A DNA stretch of 64,000 nucleotides from Eledone cirrhosa (lineage: Eukaryota): NCBI GenBank assembly GCA_964016885.1, contig OZ024743.1:352842001-352906000 (forward strand), written 5' to 3'. Under the pieces are notes generated by a model. The model was not told the origin of the DNA and did not search any database. It saw only the letters and a list, made by a program, of their open reading frames with translations. Below are positions 52,842 to 64,000 of this stretch, piece by piece; position 1 is the first letter of the stretch; every line of letters starts with the position of its first letter. The position numbers and the translations under genes are program-made.

Positions 52842-54206
52842 TCATGGTCAACATGATGGCCACTATGACTGCCCTTCCTCAAGTCTAATATTAAACATAG
52901 CACATCCACATACGAGAAACATGCCGCACACTCATGAACACATGGTAAAATACACAGATTTGGGCATAACATTTGAAAGTGATTTGTTATCAAGGAAAAA
53001 CAGCTCATTGGACACAACATGACCGAATAGTTAAGAAGTTCACTTGGTAATCATTAGGTCTCGAATTTGATCTCACTACCATTTACCATAACTTTAGGTT
53101 GGCCCAAAAGTTCTCAGTGAAGTTGGGGAGATGGAAGCTGTTCGAGAGCCCGTTACATGTAGCGGTAATATAAATAGACCAACCTTCATACACTGTGTCC
53201 CATGAAAATTACACGTGTCTGTGAAATTCTCAGTCACTTGCGCGTTAATTTCACGAGCAGGTAGTTTCGTTTCTCGAACAACTGGAACACTCGTCGTCGA
53301 AACCGACGGAACTCCATTGCATTCATAGATCGTGTCTTCTTAATATTTCTTTCTACTTTTGACACAAGGCCAGCAGTTATCCCAGTACAATCCTGGTGCT
53401 TTATTTTAGCGACCCCGTAAGGAGGAAAGGCAAAGTTAACCTCGACGGGATTTGAACTCAGATCGTAAACGGCCGTAACTCTTTGCTGTAAAACATGGCG
53501 TCCGACCCTCTACCGATACTGCCAATCCACCGCCATTGCAGCCAACTTTGACAGTAGTGGCTGATGTCGAAGATTCCTTTTTTAAAATTATCATTTCGTC
53601 CAGTTTTATATGGCCAGTAAGAATGCTGGCTTTGCTGATTAAATGCACACTGACAATCTTCCCTAGATTTTGAAAAAATAAAACACCCTATATTAAATGT
53701 AATATTCTTGAATCCTACACAGAATGAATTCATATGCCATTTACATATGTCACTGCTATGACCTTTGTGTCCATTATCACATGTGCAATTTTCAAAAATA
53801 CCTTCATTCAACAGATTTGCAAACATTTGAATTATTCGGCATATTTTACTGATAAATGACTTAATTTTTAAATATTGTTTGACCGTTTAACTCTCAGCCA
53901 CTATACGCGCGCACGCCCCCCCCCCCCCCCACACACACGATAGACATTTATTTTAGATTTACAAAATTCAGACTTTCTACTGGTGTTGTCAGATTTGGCC
54001 GGGAAAAGTTATCTGCAGTACTATTTATGTATACTTACTTTATTGAAACAGTGGTTTACTATAGACAAATGTAACAATATATTGTTATTCAAACATAGGA
54101 AATCAATGAACACATTTATTGAGGAATGTAACTTAATTGAAGATATGAAAATTATATTTGAGATTTAAATATATAATTAGCTAATTTGTATATTTAATAT
54201 CTTTAT

Positions 54207-55846
54207 TTTGGACGCCTTTAGTGTCTCTGTTGTGATTCCTCGTGCCTGCTTGTACCACAAATGCAAGAAGGAGGACTTATTTCCAAGCCATACGCCTCCT
54301 TCTTTGCTCGGATGATATCTTTGACCTCTTGATTGAATCAAGGAGTCCTCCTGTCATCCAGCACCACACCAAGCCTCTTTTGACCGTAGCATTTAACAGC
54401 TAAAGCAAAAACTGCTGAGCTGTACAACCTCCTCTCTGTCTCAACATCCTCAGTTTGTTCAGGGAGTTCTCTGAATTTAGTTGCAATAGTATCTGCATTT
54501 CTTATCTACCAATGCTTTCTTCTTTATCCTGAGGGTCACCCTGGACCTGTCAGTTTTGTGGGTTTCTTTGGCTTTAGGTAGTCTCAATTTGCAGATAACT
54601 AGATGTTAATCAGTTGACAGCTCAGCTCCTCTCTTAACACGAACATTCAGCCCAGAATCAAAGAGGTCAGAGACAATAACAAAATTAATTATTGATATCT
54701 GTCCTTGACTCCCCTTATACCATGTATATTTATCGATGTCTCTGTGCTGGAAGAAAGTGTTAATAAAAGAGAGTCCATTGCTAGAACAGCAGTCTAATAT
54801 GGCCTTTCCATTCATATTTAGATCGGGGTCGCCATTCCTTCCAATCACTCCTTTCCATGCCAGGTGCTCAATGCCGGGTGGCCTGCATCTCTGGAAAGGC
54901 ATCTAAGCAATGGCAATCGGGAGTGATAATCCCAATTTTCAAAAAGAGACAAGAGAGATTGTTCCAATTACAGAGGGTTCTCCTTGTTAAGGCTCCCCGG
55001 TAAAAATCTATGCTAAGTGTCTGGCTAAGAGATGCAGAGAGATTGACAAGTCCAAGCTAGCTGATGAACAGTGTGGTTTTTACCCCTGACTAAATATTCA
55101 TACTGCAGCAGGTATTCGAGAAATCATTGGAGTATTGCCAAGAGGTATATTCTTGTTTTGTCGACCTTGAAAAGATATATGACCTCATTCCTCGGGACCT
55201 TCTGCAGGAGTATAGGATCGATGGTCAGCTTCTTGTTGGCCTGATGTCTCTATATGAATGCCCGAGTATTTGTGTACGGATAAATGGTGCTAAATCGAAA
55301 CCATTCAATATGGGTTCGGACTCCGCCAATGATGCGTACTGTCACTTCTTCTGTTCATTATTTACATAAACAGGATTGACATGTGCAGTCGGGCTGGAAG
55401 TGGAACCATGACTGGCAGGAGTAAAATTGTCAGCTGGAATTTGCAGACGACATGATATTATTTAACTTGACAGAGGGGTGGATGGCAGTATCGGTAGAGG
55501 GTCGGACGCCATGCTTTCCAGCATAGTTACGTCCCTTTACGATCTGAGTTCAAATCCCGCCGAGGTTGACTTTGCCTTTAATCCTTACGGGGTCGATAAA
55601 ATAAAGTACCAGTAATGCACTGGGTAATTGCTGGCCTTGTGCCTAAAGTAGAAACAATTATTTAACTTGACAGAAAGTGATCTCCGATTTGCACTCAATA
55701 GGTTTGATGCCGAGTGCTGCATGGCTGGAATGAAAATCAGTGCTGCGAAAACCGAGACACTCGTGCTCTCAAGGAAGCCTGCGCAGTGCACACTATATGT
55801 AAATGGAGTTCCTCTGAAGCAGGTAGAGAAGTTCAAGTATCTTGAG
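54207..55846 (+). mobile_element. RTE LINE with inverted 5' segment (54207-54875 on -, 54872-55846 on +)
   Basis: Minus part encodes APE sequence (WKGVIGRNG..NTFFQHR..YTW..GAELSTD); plus part encodes RT (FVDLEKIYD, FADD, FKYL). Confidence 0.88.
55475..55656 (+). mobile_element. young Nin-type SINE inserted next to the RT FADD motif
   Basis: Perfect 18-bp flanking repeat ATTATTTAACTTGACAGA (55457-55474 and 55657-55674). Confidence 0.92.
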
Positions 55847-57369
55847 GTTTAAACACCAACATTTTAATTAATTAACTATGAAATCTACTGAGGAGTGAAT
55901 CTGGTCTATAGCGTAAGGGATAAGAGTTTAAGTCTTTTTTTCCATAACCTTGATTAAACATATAATTGTTTCTAACATAAGTACAAGGCCTACAATTTTG
56001 GTGTGGAAAGGGAAGGCGATTATAATAATCCCAGGATGAAAGGCAATGTTGGCCTCGACAGGATTTGAACTCAGAACATAGAGGACCGTAACAAAATTTT
56101 GCAATGTATTTCATTCGACGCACTGACGATTCTGCCAATATAGTGATAATTGTTTCTACGTTTGGCACAAGGCCAGCAATTACCCAGTGCATTACTGGTA
56201 CTTTATTTTATCGACCCCGTAAGGATGAAAGGCAAAGTTAACCTCGGCGGAATTTGAACTCAGAATGACAAGGGCCGTAACTCTATACGTCAAATATGGC
56301 GTCCGACCCTCTACCAATACTGCCAATCCACATGAATATGAGACAATAGTATAACACTTTCAGAAAAGATATCTTGAAAAATGGACAATGATGGGGCGTA
56401 AAGCATAAAATAACTCAAATTCCTTTATTGTCATTTGCACTAGTATTGTTCGTTCATTAAAATTCAGTTTTTGCTAGAGTTCAAAAGTTAATACAGAAAA
56501 TAGTCAGAGATAAGCGATAAAAAAAGCAACGGAGTAACGTAAGTAATATAGTTTTAAGCATACGCAATTAGCTCGAGGGCATTCCTATTATTTACTCATT
56601 TTTGGATACGTACACCTATGAGGGTTAGTATGTTTAAGGTTTATAAAATCATTAATACAAAACCGGGCTTACCGTTACCCGTGTTTCTTTGAAAGTAGAG
56701 TGAAACGATTTAAAGAAGCATTATTTCGGTGTTGGCAGTATCGGTAGAGGGTCAGACGCGATGTTTTGACGCATAGAGTTACGGCCCTTGCCATTCTGAG
56801 TTCAAATTCTGCCGAGGTTAACTTTGCCTTTCATCCTTATGGGGGTCGATAAAATAAAGTACCAGTAATGCACTGGGTAATTGCTGGCCTTGTGCCAAAA
56901 GTAGAAACAATTATTTCAATACAGGAAATAACGTTATCTTTGTAAACAAAGTAAAATGATTTGAAGGAGCGTTATTGCAATACCGGATATACCTTTATCC
57001 AGGATTTAAAGAAACATTATCTCTAAACCGAGAGAATACTTTGATGTTTGGCAGCGGCCTTCTTAGAAACGGACGGGTATATTGGTTCTCACCAGACTCA
57101 CACTTCTGATTCCGGGATGTTTTTCAGCCACAATCCGATAACTGCTACTGCTGGCAGGCTAAATTTCGTGAATGACTGAACGCTTGGCGATGAGATGGGC
57201 ACCACCAAGTTTTTCTAAGGCCCACTGAAATGTCACAATGTACAACTATATATATTGTATATGCCTATGTATCTATTAAACATAAATATATATATACGCA
57301 TAAACATATATATATACAGACATGCACATATTTATGGGTGCATGTATTATGTATGTATGTAAGCATGTA

Positions 57370-57690
57370 TGTTGACTTGTTCTTTTTGGTAAATATCATC
57401 TTGGTTAAGAGAGTGGGACTGGCTTTGTGCAGTGCCTTTGCTCACCACTATAAAAGCTTCACGGCAGAGGCATTGCTTTATATCTGGAGATCTCTCTGCA
57501 CTTGTCGTCACATGGTGCCATGGGCCCAGCACTATGTGTCAATAATTGTCACAAGTGTAGTGTTTGTACCAGAGTTTTCAAGTCGCTGGCTGGATTAAAA
57601 AGTCACACTCGTTCAGCGCATCGGTAGGGGTTCTCCTACATGGATATAAAGTAGTGGCCGTACTCGAAAACGAGTTGGCAGCCACCATGT
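57370..57690 (+). mobile_element. bipartite RTE-derived element, 3' half
   Basis: Matches 28238-28555; (TATG)n flanks. Confidence 0.85.
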
Positions 57691-57890
57691 ACGTATGCAT
57701 GTATGTATGCATGTATGTATGTATGAATGTATGTGTGTGTGTGTATGTATGCATGTATGTGTATATTATGTATGATGAACATATGTGTATATGTGTATGC
57801 TTGAGTACAATATTTTATGATTGTACATACATAAATACGTGTGTGTGTATGTGTGTGTATGTATCTGGAAATATATAAATATATACTATT

Positions 57891-57991
<101 letters not shown>

Positions 57992-58132
57992 GAAAGAGAG
58001 ATGAAATGGGGTTTACTAGGTTAACTGATTAGATCAATAAATCTAGTATTCAAGTTAGTAATTTATACTTAAAGAAAGTAGAGTCTAGATATTCAAACTG
58101 TAAGTGTAGAATAGTACATACACACACACGCG

Positions 58133-58219
<87 letters not shown>

Positions 58220-58793
58220 ACTCATCTATATATATATATGTGTGTGTGCATGTGTGTAAATATGAGTGTGAGTGGTTGCATACAAACACTCGTACATACT
58301 ATACAACGTCAAGCCGCAAATGGCCTTGGTTGCAATATAATGTGAGATGCTAAGCAAGGACCAGCCCGACAAGAGATTTACTACACATACACACGCACAC
58401 ACACACACACACGCACACTTTTACACGCTTATATTCACACTCACACACAATGCATACGTGATCGTGCACACGTATATATATATATAGTAATATACTTGAT
58501 AATACAGCAGGCACGAGTTACATTACAAGTCCACATATTCATGAGCACACTTGTCCCCCCCCCCCCCACACACACAAGCAAGAATGATTACACATTGTCA
58601 CAAACTCATTATTCCCAAGCATAACTCATATTATTGCAATCAAATGAATCCACATCCATGTACTACCAACAGTTTCATGCCTTGAGCCGACGTGGGAGTT
58701 ACTGGGTGGTTACTTGATCTGCTAAAAACAACAGCTAAATCTCCCTCAAATTATACATCTTAAAAAAGAAAAGATACTTTTGATAATAAAATA

Positions 58794-59157
58794 CAGTTGT
58801 CCCCCGGTATTTGCGGGGATTACGTTCCTAGAGCACCCACGAAGAGTGAAAAACCGCGAATATTGGGCGTGATCCATAAAAATGCCTATAAACGCCAAAA
58901 TATAACGTAAAATATAATTTTAAAAGAAGAGAGAACGTCTTATGCGAAGAGCATGGCCAATAGGCCGGCAAATACTGTATATTGTTATTAATGATTTAGC
59001 GTTAGAAAAATATATATTGCCACGAAAAAGCCATAAAAATATCGCAAATGATATTTACGATTCCGCGAGTATGCGGTGGTTTCCACGAACAATTATTAGT
59101 TAGGTCCTAAGGAAAATTCAGCGAATAACTGGGACCGTGAATGTCGGGGTTACACTA
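58794..59157. mobile_element. pogo/Tigger-type MITE
   Basis: TA|CAGTTGTCCCCCGGTATTTGCGG ... CCGTGAATGTCGGGGTTACACTA|TA; splits a GGGGCTAAACAAC-family repeat. Confidence 0.75.
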
Positions 59158-59899
59158 TATTGTATTGGCATGTCTTTTATCATAGATCAGCTCGATTAGG
59201 ACTGACCTGTGGCAAAATAACAACACATACCACTAGACACATCAACAGCAACCTTCACAGAGCAGAGTAAATAAAATAAATTAATCCTCCACCGGTTTCG
59301 ACGATGAATATCCAGCTGCTTAATCAACTAAATTGCTTACTCATTGAATTATAATGTAGGAGATACGTATTTCATAAGCACTTGTATTCTTAATGCAACC
59401 CTTAGACAAAATTAAGGTGTCACCATGCGTGACAAAGTTGGCTTCTTTAATTACAGCTAAAGTCCATCCAACAGGCTCTCAAAGTTTTGCCTACCCAATT
59501 TCTCACATAGCTTTGGACGCCTCGAGTCTATAGCAGAAAATATTTGCCTATGATACCAAGCAGTAGGATCAACCACCCACTCGCCTATGCCTGCACCCAT
59601 TGCACACGTACACATACACCCCTCACTCTCTCATACACACATCTGCACAGAATAATATGCGCCCACGCTCATGCATTTTTAATGAATTAATCAAGATTGG
59701 CGAGTTTCTTGTAAATAATATTCAGATTGAACGTCTGTAGGTTGGTGCCCGTACTTAGTGTAACGTTTAGAGAATTCGAGCGTTAGAAATGTATTTTGTC
59801 TTAATTTTCGTTGCCTTCCTCAAGAGCAGGAGTTAGGAAGCTGCGGATTTTAGTCTATTTTGAGTGGCTTTCGACCGCTTTTATATTATATCATAATAT

Positions 59900-60168
59900 A
59901 TTACATTATATTTTTTATCTGGCTATCAGCCGTGTCTATAGTAAAAGTTGAACCGCCACCGGGAGAGAGCACTTTTAATGTCCGTGAAGCAACAGTATAA
60001 TCCGGGGTCTTGTGCGGGTTTTCCCCCTGCAACTACTCTAAGGTGCAGTCCCTCACTATTGGGGAATTTGTTATTGTTTTCTATTGTTCTGTGTATTACA
60101 AATTATTGTTAAACTTGATTTGGTTTTTCTATTGTCCCAATGTCTTGGGCCCCTGTGACCAATAAAAC

Positions 60169-60227
<59 letters not shown>
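59900..60227 (+). mobile_element. probable LINE 3' UTR remnant with (CAT)n tail
   Basis: T-rich tract, then AATAAA immediately before (ATC)n; family unassigned. Confidence 0.4.
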
Positions 60228-60228
60228 T

Positions 60229-63200
60229 ATTATTATTATTATTAATTATTATTATTGTTCTTTGAGTCTCAGTCTTGATGTTAGTTAACTGGAAAGTTTG
60301 TTGAAATGAATATCAAGCCACTACCTGCAGCCTCAGATATTCAGGACGTACCGGAGGGTTCTTGCTGTTCCCAGCAAGCATGCCTTTTGAAGCGTTCCAA
60401 AAAGCGTGGCGGGGCCAATTTTCTTTAACCATCCCTGGAAACTTTTTGAGATAGTACCTAGTGCGCCTATGACAATCGGGACCACTTTGACTTCATGGGA
60501 ATGCCAAATCCTTTTTACCTCCCACTTTAAATCCTGGTATCGGTTAATTTTCTCCTTCTCCTTCTCTTGCACTCTCGTGTCGAATGGGCAGGCCACACCC
60601 ACAATCAGGCATGATCTTTTTTCTTGTCCAAAACCACCAGGCCAGGTCTATTGTGTTCCAGTTTCTTGTCCGTCTGTATCCTAAAATCCCACAGCACCTT
60701 CACCTGATCGTTTTCTATCACCGACTCTGGCTTATGCTCATACCACTTCTCAGAATGTGGTAAATTGTTTACTTTGCATAGGTGCCAGTGGATCACCCTG
60801 CCCATCACATCATGTCTCCAGCCTTTATAGTGAGTCTGGGCTAGGTGTTTACACTCGGATACAATGTGAGCCACAGTCTCCTCTCTCTCTCTCTCCACAG
60901 ATCCTGCACAGTGGGCTAGCCTCCTCCTTGTAAATATGGTGTTTCAACCACTTCGTTTTGAGGGCCTGCTCTTGCGCAGCCATTAGCATTCCTTCTGTAG
61001 CCTTTTTAAGGTCTCCTCTTTTCAACCAGTTCTATGTCTGTGGATCTCTGAATTCAATTTTCTCAAAGAAGGTACTATGAAGGGATTTTTCCTGAAGGCT
61101 GCTCTTTCTCCTTGTCGTTATTTCCTCCTTGGACATCCCCTGGTCTATTGTCCTCTCCTTCAGTACAATTCTGAGCATTGGCTCCTTACTATCAGTCACG
61201 TATTTGTGTAGGTTGTTTTTCTCCATCTGAACACAGTCCTCTATGCTGATAAGACCTTTTCCACCTTCAGATCTCCTTAAGTAGAGTCTATCGACATCAT
61301 TCCTCTTGTGGAACATGTTGTAGATAGTCAATAGCTTCCTAGTCTTCCTATCCATTTCTTTTTGTTCAGCAACATTCCATCTCAGAATTCCCGCACTGTA
61401 CCTAATAATAGACACAGCGCGGGAATTTACTGCACTTATGGCATTCCTACTGTTCAGATGTGACTTTAATACGCTCCTTACTCTCCGAATGTATTCAGAT
61501 CTTATCAATTCCTTCATTTGTTTGTTCTTGATGTCATCAGCCTCCAGAACACCCAAATACTTGTATCCTTCTTAAGTGTCAATTTCCTTTATCATCTCAC
61601 CTGTTGGTACCTGGATTCCGTTGCTTCTGCTCAATTTACCCCTCTTCATCACAAGGACTCCACACTTACTAATACCAAATTGCATATATATATCATTGCT
61701 GAAAATACGGACAGTGTCAACAAGCACATCAAACTCCTTCTCACTCTTCCCGAAGAGCTTAAGATCGTCCATGAAGAGGAGGTGATTGATGGTAAGCTCT
61801 CCCTTTCCCAACCTGTATCCTGCTCTCACTTTTCGCAGTATAATGGTCAGGGGCATCAGAGCAAGGACAAACAACAGAGGGGACAAACTATCTCCCTGGA
61901 AGATACCTCTCTTGATCTTCACGCCTCCCAAGGATTCTCCAGCTGATGTTAACTTTGTTTTCCAGGACTTCATACTTTTGCCCAACAACTGTCTGATGTT
62001 ATCTGCCACCTTGAAGATCTCTAGGCTTTTGGTGATCCAAGAATGAGGCACCATGTCAAATGCCTTTTTGTAGTCTATCCATCCCATGGCAAGACCAATG
62101 TGTCTCCTCTTGCAATTCCTCATTACCATCTTATCAATAAGTAACTGGTCCTTTGTACCACGGGACTTCTTTCGGCATCCTTTCTGTTCGTCCGGTAACA
62201 AGTTGTTTGTGTGGAGGTGATGGTAGATTTCCTCAGACATAATGCTTGTCAACAGTTTCCACATTACGGACAGACATGTGATAGGTCTATAGTTGGTAAC
62301 ATCATTACCCTTGATTCGGTCTTTCATTATCAGAACTGTGGTACCTTTTGTCAACCACTCTGGTACCTCACCCGACATCAAGCAGTCATTGAACATGGAT
62401 GTCAGTTTCGGGTGGAGGGATGTTATATTTTTAATCCAATACCCCTGCACACCATCTGGGCCTGGTGATTTCCAGTTGGTTAGTTTTTTGGCCTGCCCCT
62501 TAAGAGTTTCAACTGTAATACTCAAATCAGTTTGTTGGTGTGCCTGTTCACTAATCTCCTTTTGTACTGTCTCAATCCACACTGCCTGATCATCATGTTC
62601 AACATCCTGCTCCCATATTCCTCTCCAGAATGTCTTAGTTTGTTCCGCCTCAGGGATCAAGTCGTTACCTCTTTCTTTCCCTTCAAGTTGTCCAAACAAC
62701 ATCTTCTGGTTGTTGTCAAACATGCGGTTCTGTCTATACTGACTAACTCTGCTCTCGTATCGCCTAATTTTTGCACTCTTTGTTACAATGTGTTGCTTCA
62801 GTTCCTCTATGATAATATTTAGCTTTTTCCTCCTAGTTTTGTACTTTATTTCCAGTCTATTTTTAGTGTCTATGTTTTTAAGTGTCCCATTCAGTAGGGA
62901 CTCAAGCTTTCCAATGTCATTTCTCATTTCCCTGATTTGACCACTCAGTCGTTTCTTCCACCAAGGCTCTGATCTTTCTTGTTTGTTGTTTCCTCTCGCT
63001 TTAATACCAAGTAATTTCCTCACCGTATTTGCTGTTGCTTTGAGGATATTGTTGCACTGGTGAAGGCTCCCCGCCTCAAGGTATGGGATGACTTTGTTTA
63101 CCTTAGCTGTTGTTTCTTTTAACTTTTTCCTGTTTACAAATCTTAGGTTCATAGGTTTCCCACTATCATTGTTCAATTAATCTACAACTAAGTTTAGGAT

Positions 63201-64000
63201 ATCAACCAAATCTTGTCCTAGCCCGTCAGTATTCATCTCCTCAGTGGCCGTATCTTTGTTCCAGGTATTATTTATTTCAGCATTCAGATCATTGTCTGCT
63301 TCGGATGGTTCCTCTGTTCTCTCAACCTCTTCACCTTCATTTCCCACTGGCTCGTTTGCCTGGCATACTCCACTCTCCATTTCCAAGCTAATCTCTCTGC
63401 TCAGTTCCTCCAGTTCCAGCTCGCTTATCCACCCATTAGTTCTTATTACCCGAGCCTGCCCGGCCAATTTTTGTTCATCTAATTTAAATAGACCAATCTC
63501 GTTCCAGATGTTATGCATCCGTTTCCTATAGCCTTTCTCCTTGGGGTTACTCTTCAGGTAATATTGCATAACAGTTCTATTCAATTCTTTCGTCCAGTTG
63601 GTTCTGGTCCCTTTCCTTCTTCTTCTTCTTCTTCTTCTTCTTCTTCTTCTTCTTCTTCTTCTTCTTCTTCTTCTTCTTCTTCTTCTTCTTCTTCTTCTTC
63701 TTCTTCTTCTTCTTCTTCTTCTTCTTCTTCTTCTTCTTCTTCTTCTTCTTCTTCCGACACCAGCAGTATTTGGTTGACAGCCAGGTCCCTGCTGCTGAGC
63801 CAGGGAGCACCTGTTGGGTGAGAGTCTGTCACATGACATTCTAGTCTCCACTTCACCGTTATTCGAACTGTTTAGGTTCGACATTTAAACACTCTTATCG
63901 AGGATTGGCGAATGTATGGTTACATAACCACCGCTAATTTCATCACCTCCGGTGATTTCGTCACTCCCGGTGATTTTTGTGTGGCATTATCACGCTGTAG
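60229..64000 (-). mobile_element. R4/Dong-type RLE non-LTR retrotransposon, near full length, inactivated
   Basis: Originally one ORF (63884 to 60333): KSPGPDG, YRPITCL, IDYKKAFDMVPH, GIFQGDSLSPLLF, HLLFMDD, CRIC..ETVAHIVSEC and a mutated RPD-type RLE motif (RPG). Three in-frame stops, frameshifts and a (TAA)n tail. Confidence 0.92.
63616..63755. repeat. (CTT)n tract inside the RLE element ORF
   Basis: About 140 bp of pure repeat, read as poly-Arg in the ORF frame. Confidence 0.97.

Overview
AT-rich, microsatellite-laden eukaryotic DNA with no recognisable host protein-coding gene. The SINE families look like those of octopod cephalopods; this is an inference from recognition, not a database result. 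Almost everything identifiable is transposon-derived: decayed RTE LINEs, a CRE-type fragment, a near full-length R4/Dong-type RLE element, a young internally deleted Gypsy-type LTR element, a solo LTR, many tRNA-derived SINEs, non-autonomous Helitrons and several MITEs. The most interesting signals are RNA-structural: (1) three diverged minimal hammerhead ribozymes with compensatory stem changes in a Penelope-like repeat family; (2) an ORF-less, partially tandem element family ending at (TA)n tracts that carries a conserved, apparently pseudoknotted RNA motif I cannot assign to a known class; (3) a G-GGA-AAC slippery site plus H-type pseudoknot at the gag-pol junction. Most long ORFs in the supplied track are microsatellite artefacts. 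All alignments and folds were done by eye, and boundaries of decayed elements are approximate.
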